A stretch of DNA of 64,000 nt from assembly GCA_010093605.1 (NCBI GenBank), contig MU004196.1, forward strand, positions 394,606-458,605, read 5' to 3'. Of the stretch, positions 47,420 through 60,163 are shown piece by piece. Each line of letters opens with the position of its first letter. Position 1 is the first letter of the stretch. Both the position numbers and the translations under genes were made by a program. Below the pieces are notes generated by a model. The model saw only the letters and a list, made by a program, of their open reading frames with translations, did no database searches and had not been told where the DNA came from. This DNA comes from Lophium mytilinum (lineage: Eukaryota).

Positions 47420-49693
47420 TTATTTGAGGGACCGGCATGGCCTCTCTCTCAACTCTATATCTTCGTTCCCGACAGAAATCCCACTACGTGAGCTGTCTTC
47501 CCTATTAAGATACGTCACAGACTCCGAGTCTTCATTTCTATGCAGACGAAATTTCTCGTCTTCGCCATCTCTTACTAGTCGTATTTTCGTCTTTGTAATC
47601 TCCTTTTCAAGTGCTGGCGCGTCACTCGATCGGGGGGCAAATAGAGCGGCGATGTCCGGGTTCTGGACGGCTTTGCTTATGGACGAGAAGTACATGTTGT
47701 AGCTCTCGCCATTGGCGTGGATGGCGTAAACACCAGCTAGGATAGTGAAGAGCGATGCGAGTATGGAACAGCTATTCGGAAGTTAGTTTTCCGGTCTCCA
47801 AGCAACTTTCGACTAAGAGCGGTAGGAAGGGGCCTGAGAGCAGTGAAAGTGGTCCACCTACCCATACGCAATGAACAAGATTTCGGGATCGTAGGTATAC
47901 TTGTTTAAAAATATGGTTTCATTTACTTGAGCCATCGTTTTATCGCTATTGCGATCACTTAGCCTTGGAACTTGAGGATCAAAGGGCTCGACTTACCTGA
48001 GAACGGACATGCTCATTAGACTTAACGACGCGTTCAGCGAAAACTCCTCAATGAGTGAGGTCAGGGTCCTGTTCTGCGGCGTTTCGCCAAGCTCAGCCCC
48101 GCCCCGTCTCCATAGGGCAGTCATTGCAGAAAAGTCCGCGGCCGTTCCCAATATTGTTTGATCTAGAGTTGTATTCCAAACCCAGCCAATTGAACTATCC
48201 CCATCAATACTAATGAGCACAATACCTTCAACGAAGGTATAGAGCAGATCTGCAAAAACGGCATAATTATCCAAACCGTACATCGGGGCGCTTGCATTAC
48301 CCTCCACATCAGTCTGGTTGCTTTGGTTCAACTCCAATTCTAGAACAGTCCCAGTTTGAATTGACTGGACGTTGTTCACAAAAGTAACATTAGTAGGCAC
48401 AGATGCATTCCGAAGGCTGCAAGTATGATAGCTCGCATCGTAACGTGCTGATCCATCAAACAGATCATCCGGGCGGGTACCATTTGATGGCTCAGCAATA
48501 GCGATCCAGACGTCCCCCGTCACGCCCTGGTAGGGGGTGATAGTCGTGTTGCCAAGCATACCGAAGTAGCCAATCTGTCCTCCCAGGAGTGTAGATGGCG
48601 ATTCTTTCGCTGAGGCATTCGCGGAAATCGTGTAGGTCAAGTTCTGCGCATAGGGAACTAACGGCCGATCACCCAGGCTGTTTTCAGGATCAGAAGTGGC
48701 AGCCTCAAATGCAGCGGCGGCTGTCCAGGCGCGAACAGTTTCACTGCTCGGTTGACATCGGACGATGGGAATTATCAGGTCCAGGGCATAGGACGCGTTC
48801 TGCAAGCCTGTTGGCGGGCTGAGGTGCAGCAGCTCTCCGGTACTTGCTAGATTGGCAAAGACTCTACTCAGCTGCGCAGATTGCCCAACATCAGGATCAT
48901 AAATTTCATTGGTGTCTGGGTCGAAGTTACTGATGGACGGACGATTGACTAGGAGATTGTGTAGGGTCGTGTTTGGCTTTGGTGCAACGCCTAAAGTCGC
49001 TGGTGTGACTAGCGCTGATAATGGCATACACCTTGAAGTTTAAGTTAGCGAGGACGACCTTCGAAAGTACCGTAACAGAGCTCTTTCAAGTTTGGGCGAT
49101 CAAAAGCGTACCAGAGAAGTATAGCAACAACAACAGCAATCGGGAATTCGGACAGAAAATTCAAATTGAGGAACAAAAAAATGTTTTTGTCCACGGCGAA
49201 CGCTCTATTAATCGCATCAATGGTGACTGCTTTCTGACGACACCGTCTCCAAGCCCACTGAACGTAGGCCGTACCTGTCGCAGTTGTAAGGCAGGTCTTA
49301 ACAAAGAAAGCAAAGGCGGTGCCAAATCTGATTAATCGGGTTAGACTTGTATGCGCAAATCTGAGATCCAAGGAAAGAGTACCTTATCGGCCATTGTTGT
49401 CTCGCAGCAGAACCGACGACTGTGTTGTCCAGGCTCTTGTAGTAAACGTGATGGCCGACGGCGAAGACGATTCCCGCGCAGAAGGAACCTACCATCAACG
49501 TCGGAGTCCCCCAATGACGGCGATTTCTTAGATTAGAAGATAGCTGGTCCGTCTGCGAACGAGCTCTTTGTATGAATGAATCGTGGTCCTGAGGGAGTGC
49601 CGCTTCTACGACTCCATCGACGTTGGAACCACCCTTTAGAGCTGTCAAGCGTGAGTACTGTGGAGGCCTTTGCCTTGATGGTGCTGAGGACAT
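47420..49693 (-). CDS. Hypothetical multi-exon membrane glycoprotein
   Basis: Same-strand ORF pieces (FAVGHHVYYKSLD; FGTAFAFFVK...AYVQWAW; N-glycosylation-rich 344-aa part; C-terminal hydrophobic segment) separated by GT-AG introns; exon borders approximate. Confidence 0.75.
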
Positions 49694-51109
49694 GACAGAG
49701 ACGAAAGCTCTTTGACTAGCTGGGAAGTATCAAAAGGATGGTGGAGTTCTGAGGTTCTTATCACGCTCGAGCGGCGTTGCGAGGCTGTGAAGATTGATGG
49801 GGCCAATGAGGGAGAAGCCGGAGGCTGTGCTGACACGACTCAGCTGGGGTACAACAACCACGAACAGTCCCGGAAAGTCTGGCGATGCGTCGATCCGGTA
49901 ATGTCATGCTCCAGCACTGGGAGTAGTCCTTGGCGCGCAGATGCAATAGCCAATTACCCAACAGTGTATGTATGTAGATGCGGAGGATCGCAATGATGGT
50001 CGTCTCCGAATCCCGCACCACAGGGTATTGTGACCAGGGGGTGTGCGCGCAGGGGTGTTTCAACACCCAATTTTATCCCAAGCTGCATATCCTATAGCCG
50101 TAGCGAGATTGGGATCCGCACTCGAAACCTAGTCATCAAGGTTCCTCGCACTCTCCACGACAAGCTCGCACAGACGGCATCGATTGGCGCCGTGCCCGAT
50201 ACTTTCCAGGCAACAGTGGTCGCTGTAGGCTGCAAGAACTAAAAAGCTTTTCGCATATTTCAGTCTTCGAGGATGTAATGTGCGGCCCAAAGGCTCAAGC
50301 AGCAGCAATATTCTGCAGATCAAGGGGTGTCTAAAGTGCGACGAGTAATTTCGAGCATCTTTTCCATTGGGCCTTTTGTCCGCTGCTGCTTATGTTGAAG
50401 TACTGCGTATTGTGAATTGATGCCGCTGATTTCCCGCCCCTATCAACGTAAACATGTGCGATGGCGTGCTATTTTATCCAACGTGCTACCCGCTGTCTCA
50501 TGCATAAGTTACCAGCGTATCAGGTCAACGCCAGCGACTTGAATTGTGGGCCACCCGCCCCCATGAGCCAGGGGAGCCAGTTTGACATCTGTGCCGCTAT
50601 AGGGCGCACGTCCTAGAGGCCGTGGGGGCGGATATCCAACGCTCTTGAGTGTAGGGGATCGACTAGCGTCTCACTGGAGACTTCTGAGTTATCAAAGGGA
50701 ACGTTTTACTGATGTAAGCGCGTTCGAGCGAAGCGGAGAGGTTTAGGCTGATCGTTGCGCCTCTCTGTTAGGAACCCAGGCGCTCATCACGTCTGATGCG
50801 TCTTGAATCAGGTTGCGGACCCCGCTCAACTCGGTGCTGCAATGAAGAATAGGATTATAGAAGCACACGCTTCTCGTAGTAAGAGCATATCTATATTACG
50901 AAAACGTACGCATGACAGAAGAGTGAAGGACAGGCCGATAAAGGCAGGTGGTACGACGAGATGATGATCGAGTATTCGTAAGGATGAAGTCGAATATCTC
51001 GCTAGCTCTTTTTAGGCCTAGTGGATGACTACCCCCCCTCGTCTCATCACTTATACCAACTACACTTCAACAATCGCTCTTCGTCACACCAAGCTTCAAC
51101 CGCCTCGAC

Positions 51110-51574
51110 TCAACAATCCCAAGACAAAGACTTAATCTGCGTCCCATCCGTATACCAACCGCAATTCCCCGCATAAAGCGAAGAAGCATCGTTAGAGCAG
51201 TACTCATCCGAATACCAACTGACTACTCCGAATTAACCTCCGTCCTTTCCCCCTTCCCCCTCGTAAACAATCACGCAGGTACGAAAGGGCGAGCACTTAC
51301 TAGTACATCCAGCGTCTATGTTATGAGCGTAGATACTTCTAACACTCCCTACCACATCCGCACGCTTTAGCAAAAGGGGCCGTATGCGACAGTTTGAAAT
51401 TGGCTTCGGGGGGGTTGGTCACGTACTCAAGCTTTGGCAATCGATCGCATGGCCGGACCAGTACACATGGTCGCCGGACGTACAGCCCATGCCGCTCCAG
51501 GTTTGGAGGCTGGTGGCTGAGATGGCCGTGCTAGCGACGACGACGAGGAGAGTTGTTGCCGCGAGGGAAGGCAT
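51110..51574 (-). CDS. Small secreted cysteine-rich protein (102 aa, 6 Cys), candidate effector; 3 exons
   Basis: Exons 51574-51427, 51348-51301 and 51222-51110 with two 78-nt GT-AG introns give MPSLAATTLLVVVASTAISATSLQTWSGMGCTSGDHVYWSGHAIDCQSLRSVRSIYAHNIDAGCTISWYSDEYCSNDASSLYAGNCGWYTDGTQIKSLSWDC then stop. Confidence 0.85.
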
Positions 51575-52619
51575 AATGGTATGTTTTCACTCGATCCAGA
51601 TCTTCTATGCAGAGGATGCGCTGGGAAGATGAACGTGGAGTTTGGGAGAGGTTGGGACTTATATACTCAATGAGGTGGGCACGTGGATGCGCCTGCTCGG
51701 TTTGGTAATGGTCCTGCATTTTCCTAAGTTGAAAAAAGATAAAAAAATTGGGTACAGAGCGTTGATGTTAATGATGCTGTGTACTCTGTGCCACTATGCT
51801 GTGAGGCAAAGGTATTGAGGGGTTTTGTGCTTTTAGGCCATGAGGCTGTGGAATACTATTGAGTAAGCTGATGAACATCAACTCTAGAACCTCTTTACCT
51901 ACAGCGTCTGCGTGCGTCCGGTGAACTAGCGCGGATTTCAGCCACCAAAGGAAGCCGCGAAAGTGGTATAATCTGAAAAGTTACAAGTCGCGGTACAGAG
52001 CTTTTGGCCGACTTGGCACAGCCTTGGTAAGAATCAGTCCAGAAAGGGGCTTCCTCCGCTCTAATCCCGTATATTTTGGCTGTGGCTTCAAATCCGCGCT
52101 AGTTCATCGGACGCACGCAGACGCGGTACAGGAAGTCTACAAGATTAGGAGACGGTAAGAACAAATGAACAAATAAACGAAGTCACTCCGGTTGAGCAAA
52201 CAAAAGATTGCTGCCAGCTTACTTAGTTTGGAGGTGGATATAGTTGCACACTGCGTGCCGCCAGCTTCTCCATAAACCCGAATTTGTAGCTGTGGCACCT
52301 TGACACCAGAAGTCGCGCAACCGATGCCATTGCCTTTATCATATATTGCATGTGGCAAGCCTGATCTCATGACTCTCAGTACCTTTCGCGACACACCTTG
52401 GTATGTTGCAACGAGTAATACGTTACAATCCTATGATCACGAAGTCGTTCTCTAGTACCTTAATCAACTTTTTAGTTTCCCAGTGTACCGACCAGTTCTC
52501 GTGCACATTTGTCACTTCATCACCCTGCAAGATTGTTTTGGCTACCTCGCTGGGCCTGCAACTTCTTTGATATTCCGGACTCTCGAATGCACCCTCCACC
52601 TGGGCAAAAACTCCCTTGC

Positions 52620-54406
52620 TCATGTCCTCGCCCTAAACTCCACAACCGGCCCATCCTTCCGACTCGCAAACCGATCTTCAATCTGATACTCTGCCCTCTT
52701 CTCCCTCCCCCACACTCCATCGACCCCCTCGACCCCAATTCTTCCGCCCTCCCCAAGCGTCTCTCCCGTCTTCGCCCTCATATCAAACAAAAACAACACT
52801 CTAGCCACCGTAACACTCAACTCGACATACGCCAACCCCCTCCCAATGCACCCCCGCGGCCCCACCGAGAACGGGCAAAATGCCTCCTTCGCCTCCTCCA
52901 ACCTCTCCACAAAGGGATTCTGCTCGTCATCCGCGAGCCAGCGCTCCGGCAGGTAGCGAAACGAGTCCGGGTAATACGCCTCATTATGATGGATCGCATA
53001 GGCTGGTACGCCCACCACCACACCTGCGGGAAGATCGTGCCCGTCGATCTCAATCCCGCCCGGTAGCACCTCACGCGGCAGCGCCCCCGGGACCGGCGGC
53101 GTCATTCTGAGCGTCTCATCTAGACACGCCCTCAAGTAGGTGCACCCATTCAACCTTGGCCCATTCACGATCTCCTCGACGTCCCCAAACGCACCCCGGA
53201 TCTCATCCGTCAAGCGGGCGAGGGCGTGCGGGTTGCGGCTTAGGTAGAAGAAGGTGCCGGCGAGCGCGGTGCTGGTCGTGTCGCTGCCGGCGATGATGAG
53301 CAGGTTGGACTCGCCCCAGAGCTCGGCGGGGGAGAAGCCGGCGCCGGTCTCCGGATCGCGGGCTTGGAGTAGGTGGTAGAAGAAGTCCTTGCGGTCGGTG
53401 TCGAGGCCGAGATTTGTGCGTGCGGTGGCTTGCGTGCGTGAGTATTGCATGTAGCGGGTGCGGTTGGCGGCGATTTTGCGGAAGAGGAGCTTGTCGAGGT
53501 GGTAGTTGTGAAGGGTGAGTTGGGTGCCGCACTGTGTTTGTTAGTATATACTTTGGAGCAATGGTGATGAAAGGGGCAATATGGGTGGAGGGGTCAGAGA
53601 GGGGATTGGGGTCGATGAAAGAAAAAGGGGTACATACGATTAGGTGTCGATGCGCCGCATTCCCTACCAAATCAACCGCAAACCTATTCCCCTCTCCCTC
53701 GAGCATGCCAAACGCCTTTCCAAATACTAGGTCGCCCATGATGTCGAACACAAGCCAGTTACACCAGTGGGCCATATTCCACTCCCCCGTCCACCCCTTT
53801 TCCTCTTCGTTAACACCTCCAACTACCTCCTTCCCACTTTTCCCAGCCAGAAGCCTACAACCAGCCCGCACATTCTGAAGAATGTACTTCTCCAACTCCG
53901 CTACCGCCTTGTCACTGAACGCGTGACTCAGCACCCTCCGCTTTCGCGCATGGACCTTTTTATCTCGTGTCGAATGCACATTCACGGCGTTCTTGTTCAC
54001 CGGGAAGGCGTCATAGAAATCGCTCTTTTTGACGTTCGATTTGAAGCCGTAGATCGTTTTCAGTGCGCTCGCAGTGTTGATGCTTAGCGTGTTGGGTCCA
54101 ATGCGCACAATGGGGCCGTAGAGCTCGTGGGCGCGGAGGTACTCTAGGTGCCGGGTGCCTAGGTAGGCGTGGTAGGCGAGGTGGGTGTCTGTGATGCGGG
54201 CTAGTGGAGGTCCGGGGTAGCGGGCGAGAGGGTGCAGGGTAAATCTGTATATGACTACTAGGAGTATCTTTGAGACGGAATTAGGGATGGTTAGCAGAGT
54301 GGTGGTGGGAGAAACTCACGTATGCAGCTAATCCAGCGATGAGAGTGCCGAGAAGCAAGAGAGGGGATGTGAGAACGCGGTAGAGGAGGTCGAGGTAGGA
54401 CGCCAT
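52620..54406 (-). CDS. Cytochrome P450 (benzoate 4-monooxygenase/isotrichodermin hydroxylase-like); 3 exons
   Basis: HPLARYPGP, YGPIVRIGPN, AGSDTT, ETLR, PERW and FSVGPRGCIG; introns near 54269-54320 and 53533-53637. Confidence 0.92.
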
Positions 54407-55134
54407 GGTCAAAAAGCCACCTAGTTCCCAATCGTTTCTTCGAAAGAAATCTCCCAACCCCAAACTTATGTACTGAATCTGAAATGCCAATGAATAAGAT
54501 CGCCGAGATGTCTTTCAGGCATAAATATGAAATTCGAGACAAAAGTGGCTTCAAACCTTTTCGAGAACCGTGGATCAAGCACAAAGAGCGTGAATCAGAA
54601 CAGCAGCAGCTACCACGGCTTATATACCCCACCCTCTCCCCGCTACCCCATCGTGACAAAGAGTACCGGGTGGCAGACTCAGCTTATCATGCTGACCCAG
54701 ACCCTAACCCGTGCCTTCCCATTCGTATGGCTGTCGTTGGTTACGCATCGTGGTTCTCGGGTTTGAGGCCGCTCGGCTTTGAGAGGCGCGGCTAGTGTCG
54801 GTTGCACGAATTTAGCTGCCCGCATGCAGTAATCGCTATACTGCTGTTGGTCGGATTGAGGGGTGAAGCGGAGCTTGGTGATGTGGGGTAAGCAGTTCGC
54901 GATTCGATGGTAGATGGGGAATGGAATGGGGTGTAGTCGTGATAAGCAGTGGTCTTGGGGCGGCTCTAAGCTGCATTAGTGTAGCATTCACTATACCTTC
55001 ACACTTTGCGGAGAGCATAGGAAGAGCTGAAGATGTACTAAAGCATCAGCCAGATCACGTTACGAAAGCATAGAAAGTAGAGTAGACGTCTCATGCACCA
55101 ATAACCATCTATCCTTCGCGACCTCGTTCCACGG

Positions 55135-55142
55135 TGACGTCA
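55135..55142. promoter_or_regulatory. Perfect CRE/ATF palindrome upstream of a small hydrophilic gene
   Basis: TGACGTCA about 130 bp upstream of the ATG at 55272; function not shown. Confidence 0.35.
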
Positions 55143-55271
55143 CACCTCGCCCTCCGATCTCCCTCAAAACATATATCAACCCTTCACCTTCCATCCCAAC
55201 CTGCACTAAACCTAAAACCTTGAACGTCAAAAATCGCGAGTTCAAATAGCTACAATTTCGCATAACCAACC

Positions 55272-55559
55272 ATGTCGTCCACCAAAGTCTACTCCACTTC
55301 CTACATCTCCTCATCCGCCACCGTCGACGGCCGCACGACCAGCTTCTCTGAAGAAACTCACACAGACCCCGAGGGATCCATCATCTACCGCACATCGCAG
55401 AAGGCCGGGGAGGATGTGAAGGTGGAGAAAGTGAGAGTGCCGAGTGGAGGCGCGGTGGAGGGGGAAGAGAAGGGGAGGATAGAGGATGTGACGGACGAGG
55501 ACAAGGAGTATGAGGAGCGGATGGAGGATGAGTATGCGAAACGGGAGGGAGGTGCTTGA
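55272..55559 (+). CDS. Small acidic hypothetical protein (95 aa)
   Basis: caaccATG context, coding-like bias; C-terminus YEERMEDEYAKREGGA resembles a family of small ascomycete proteins. Confidence 0.75.
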   Translation: MSSTKVYSTSYISSSATVDGRTTSFSEETHTDPEGSIIYRTSQKAGEDVKVEKVRVPSGGAVEGEEKGRIEDVTDEDKEYEERMEDEYAKREGGA

Positions 55560-56177
55560 GGGGATGGTTATTGATTGAGGAATGAGGGCGGAGGGCTCGG
55601 CCCGAGGCTGCGAGAGTTTGAGATTGAAAAGTAAGGAATGACTGGCGGTCGGAGCCGCGCAAGAGGATTTACGAAGTTCTGTACAAAGGTCACAGAACCA
55701 CGGTCACTTTCCCAAGATCAAAATGGGTGTTAAACAAATCAAATCATTGATTGTTTACTGCATTTTCATGAATGCATTATTACCGATCCCCATCCCACCC
55801 TAACATCATGCCACTCAACAAGTAACACGAAGAGAGAATTAAAAGCATCAACCCTATACACCCTCTCTACCAGGGCTCTCCCACCAATGCAGAAAGAAAA
55901 GAAAAAGGAAGCCAGACAAGGCCTTCGTCTATGGAGCTCTTCCAGACGGACGGGACGCCACCATGCTCCTAGTGTATGTACAGTCCAAAGTGTGCATGCA
56001 AACTGATGCAAAAAAAAGAAAAGAATCAGTCTGTCGTTCGTTCTCGTTCGTCCAATCGGTCGCGCTTTCATCTCTGGGTATCCATCCGTACAACCGACCA
56101 ATAAACCAATGCCAACCAAGTAGGTGAGCAAGAATTATCACCGCTTTTCGCTCCTTCATTCTATTACAACGGCAAGA

Positions 56178-57059
56178 TCAGAAGAGGATGACAGCCGCGC
56201 CGAAGGCACCGACGGCAGCGCCGATGAGGTCGCGTGCAATAGCAGTAGCCATGGCGGCGCCGGTAGAGACAGCGGAGGAAGCGCCGGTGGCTGAAGCTCC
56301 GGTGGGGGTTGCGGTGCTTCCGCCGGTCGCGAGCGAGCTGAGAGTGGTCTCAACGAGCAGGCTCTTCGATTTGGAGTTGACGGAAGTGGCCACAGTGCTG
56401 TTCTTGAGCACAGAGCTTAGGGTTACAGTCGGAGAGCTGGTCGACGCAGTCTCAGACGTGGTGTCGGCTTTGCTAACAATCGTCTTGGAGGCGGAGGCGC
56501 TGCTGCTGGCCACGGTCGTGGCTGCCACCGAGCTGGAGCTACTTGGCTTGTCGACCGGGATGATTATGATGTTGATGGGCGAGCACTGGGCCCCGACATA
56601 CTCGTCGTAAAGGTTGCGGAACTCGCCGCTGGTGCAAGCGTAGAAGAGGGTAGTGCCGCCGAGGGCCAAGGAGTCGTTGGCGCAGGCCGACCAGCCACCA
56701 GTGTAAATGGAACCAGCCTGTGGAGGGCCGTCGAACTGGAACTGGTGGTTCGCGACGATGGCGCCGACGCGGTTGTGAGAGTCGATGAGAATGCCGTTAT
56801 TCAGGGTCACAGTGACGGCGGACGCCAGGATCTGTCTGTGTAAGCTAGAAAGCTGGGACCAGAGAGGGGATATACACACCTGAGAAGAAGCCTCCTTCAC
56901 GCCAAAACTCAGGTCTTGGACGTTGATAGTGAATTTCCCGGCGAAGGTGGGCTTGCAGCCAGCCGGGGCGGCAGCAGTGGGAGCAATGCCCTCGCTCACG
57001 CCCTGGGCGACGACAGACGCAGCGAGGCCGAGGCCAGCGAGGATGGTAGAGACACGCAT
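56178..57059 (-). CDS. Cell-wall mannoprotein with PIR/Cis3-like domain, Ser/Thr-rich stalk and probable GPI signal
   Basis: ATG at 57059 with signal peptide; GAIVANHQFQFDGPPQAGSIYTGGWSAC and FYACTSGEFRNLYD; hydrophobic C-terminus; likely 48-nt in-frame intron 56832-56879. Confidence 0.88.
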   Translation of the reverse strand: MRVSTILAGLGLAASVVAQGVSEGIAPTAAAPAGCKPTFAGKFTINVQDLSFGVKEASSQVCISPLWSQLSSLHRQILASAVTVTLNNGILIDSHNRVGAIVANHQFQFDGPPQAGSIYTGGWSACANDSLALGGTTLFYACTSGEFRNLYDEYVGAQCSPINIIIIPVDKPSSSSSVAATTVASSSASASKTIVSKADTTSETASTSSPTVTLSSVLKNSTVATSVNSKSKSLLVETTLSSLATGGSTATPTGASATGASSAVSTGAAMATAIARDLIGAAVGAFGAAVILF

Positions 57060-58459
57060 TTTGTCGGAGTGAACGAAGAAATGTCGAAGTATCAATTGGG
57101 ACGCGTCGGCGCAAAGGGAATCGAGTCGCGGAAGAGCGAGATGTGCGGGATGATGGATACTAGTGCTGTGATGGAGAGTGAGCAAGTCTAAGTTGGACGC
57201 GCGACAACAGCAGTAAAGACAGCGACAAGCACGGAGGCAGCGAGTGTGGGCAGCGACGATAGCGGCTGGTGAATTGGTGCAGGTGGTTGGGGAGGGCGAG
57301 ATGGAAGATTTCCTTGGCCGGAGGGTTGCCCGAGCCGGTTTCACGCAACGCCACAGCTGCCCCTGGGTCTGAGCGCGCCTGTGGCCGCGGCCGCTAATTG
57401 GGCTCATTGCTTAGCAGCGGGAGAGGCTTGAAACACTCGTATAGGGGGTAACGACGTCACGGCTAGAAAACATCGGCCAACGCCCCGCGAAACACCACGA
57501 TTCGCGCCGGCATCAGCTGCCATCATCGCTGCCGCGCTTCATGCATCGCCATCGCTGCCGTCGATACAACAGGAAGGCCCTGCAGCAACGCCGTGGCTGT
57601 GCACCGCAATGTCCGGCACTCATGCAGATACGAGGGAGTAACGAGCCACGCGTCGGGGTACGACGTCCCATCCGGCGCTGAAATCTTGAATCGACACTCA
57701 ATCCGTACTTTCTTTGGACGATCGTCTTCTGACTGTGAAAAATCCTATGCAGTCACCATGTATATAGAGTCTTCAGCTGTGTTCAATTTCTTTCCCAACT
57801 GGAGTCTCCTTTTGGTCCTTCTGAGCTTCAGAAAGGGGGTCTCATCGCAGGAAGCGCTTGTTGAACTATCTATCAATCAGCTCCCCGGACTTGCTGGCGT
57901 GGCGGAATGCTCACGACTCGGACGTCTAGCCGCCACGTGCGACCATGTTTGGATTCACACGATTGTTTCATTAAACAACTAGCGTCATACTTTTCTCCCC
58001 TATCACGTGACTGTCACATGCCCATCCCAACGCCGATGTATGCTCGCCCTATTGGTTTCTACAGCGCTTAGCTCAGCTCCCCCATCTCGACCTATCAACC
58101 TCTGATCAAAATGGTGCTTTATTAAAGCTATGATTTCAGATGATTTGGGTTGTCCACTTGCTTCAGTTTCTCCATTAATAATCCACCTCGAAGATCATGC
58201 TCCCCGGCACAAGGCCTCCTTATATCCGCAAATGCCGTTATAAAATACTGGGTCTCTTCAATCTATATCTCCAATATGTCCCACATTTAAGGTAGATTAA
58301 GGTAGACTATTAGACCTTCAGACTGTACCCTAGGGGATATCCTTTTCCGAGCCTGCCCGCACTTGACGCCCTAGCATATATCTCCAATTCGGCCACTACC
58401 TAGGACATTGTATTCTACTAGGCACAATATACTATCAATTTTCTCTCCAAGCTATCAAT

Positions 58460-59584
58460 ATGGTCAAAGTTGCTATCGCCGGTGGTACCGGAAGTAGGTG
58501 AAGCTGACTACGACCATAGCTTAATGCTAATCCAGAGCAGACGTCGCGTCCGAGATCATCGAAGCCATTCAAGCAACCAAGAAGCATGAAATTACGATTC
58601 TGACTCGCAAAGTACTTCCATCAACCCAACTACCAGCATCCCGCAACCCCGTGACTCTAACCATCCATTAGGAAAACCCAACATCACTCCCAGGCCTCCG
58701 CTACGTGACCGCCGACTACACCTCCAGACCCTCCCTCCTGTCCACCCTCCGCGGCCAAGACGTCGTCCTCTCTTTCCTCGTCGTCCACCAAGATGAAGAC
58801 AGCATCGTCCAAAAGAACCTTATCCACGCCTGCATCGAAGCCGGCGTCAAACGCTTCGCGCCCTCAGAATGGGGAGTGTACGCCTCCCTCCTCTTCTTCT
58901 TTCCCCCTCCCTATCCCTCCAATACTCACGCATATCCCGCGTCCCAGCTCCAACGGAAGCGGCATCCCCCCCTATGCCCACAAAGATGAGATCGCGGCGT
59001 ATCTCGCCGAGATCAACAAAGAAAAGAAAGTGCTGGAGTACTGCCTTTTCCAACCCTCCCTCTTCATGGACTACTTCGCCCACCCCCATGCCCTAGCCAC
59101 CCACTTGTACACCTGGCCCTTCTTCGTCGACTACCAGCACCGCCGCGCCATGCGCCTCGACGCCGGCACCCAGCCCATCGTGCTCACCGCCATCCGCGAC
59201 GTCGCCGCCGTCGTCGCGCTGGCCCTCGACTATCCGGGCGAGTGGCCGACGGTCGGCGGCATCCGTGGCAGCCAGACTAGCATCAACGAGCTCATCAAGC
59301 TCGGCGAGGAGATTCGAGGGGGGAAGTTCGCGGTGGAGGAGGTGAGCGGGGAGGATGTGGAGAACGGGGTGTTGAAGACGAGCTGGGTGCCGTGGATGGA
59401 TCATCCGGTGGTGCCGGTAGCGGAGCGGTCGGAGGCGTACTCGAGGGCGTTTACGGTAATGTTTCTTGTGGGGATTAAGAGGGGGGCGTGGGATGTCGGG
59501 GGGCAGTGGAATGAGAGGCTGCCCGAGTATAGGTTTAAAGGGGCGGAGGAGTATTTAAGGGAGGCGTGGAAGGGGAAGAAGTGA
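58460..59584 (+). CDS. NmrA-like/isoflavone-reductase-like NAD(P)-binding protein; 4 exons
   Basis: MVKVAIAGGTG, AGVKRFAPSEW, LEYCLFQPSLFMDY; introns near 58494-58540, 58612-58671 and 58877-58946. Confidence 0.85.
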
Positions 59585-60163
59585 GGTGAGTACGCTTAAG
59601 GAAATCTTTTAGCAGGTGATGGTCGACGAGATTAGGCTCTGTGAGGAATTATTCGTTCGTTCTACTTAAATATACCGGCATTGGGAATTTGTGGCGATTT
59701 TCAATATCGGGAGAGATGATTGTGCTCTAGTTCATTGAGTTTAGTTATAGGCGGGCTCTAGGTAGAATCATGTCGCAATCATAAAATACTCATTGCATTT
59801 CGAACCTCCGGAGAGGGCTCTGTTCATTAGATGATCAAAATGAGATAGTGCGCAAGCTGACATAAGACCCTATAGCTGGTATTTTGCAAGCTGCTGATGT
59901 GACGATCTTTGCAATCTCTCGGATCAATTAGTTCCCTATGATTATTTGTATGCCCAGTCTATTGGAATTCGTCTATCTCCAACCAAAACTCACGCAAGGT
60001 GGTTGAGCTCGTCACGTGATGGGTACTCCGCCTCGGCCGCCTCGCTCTCCTCTTGGAAACCTCTCTACAACCATCAGAACTCAGAAAGACCGCCACTCTC
60101 AGCTTCTAATTTTCGCCAGCATCATCTGCTCTCTAAACGCTCAATACTCAAACCATTCCCCGT

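Noticed and set aside
52137..52623. Short minus-strand ORFs downstream of the P450
   Set aside because: No consistent splice model or recognisable motif.
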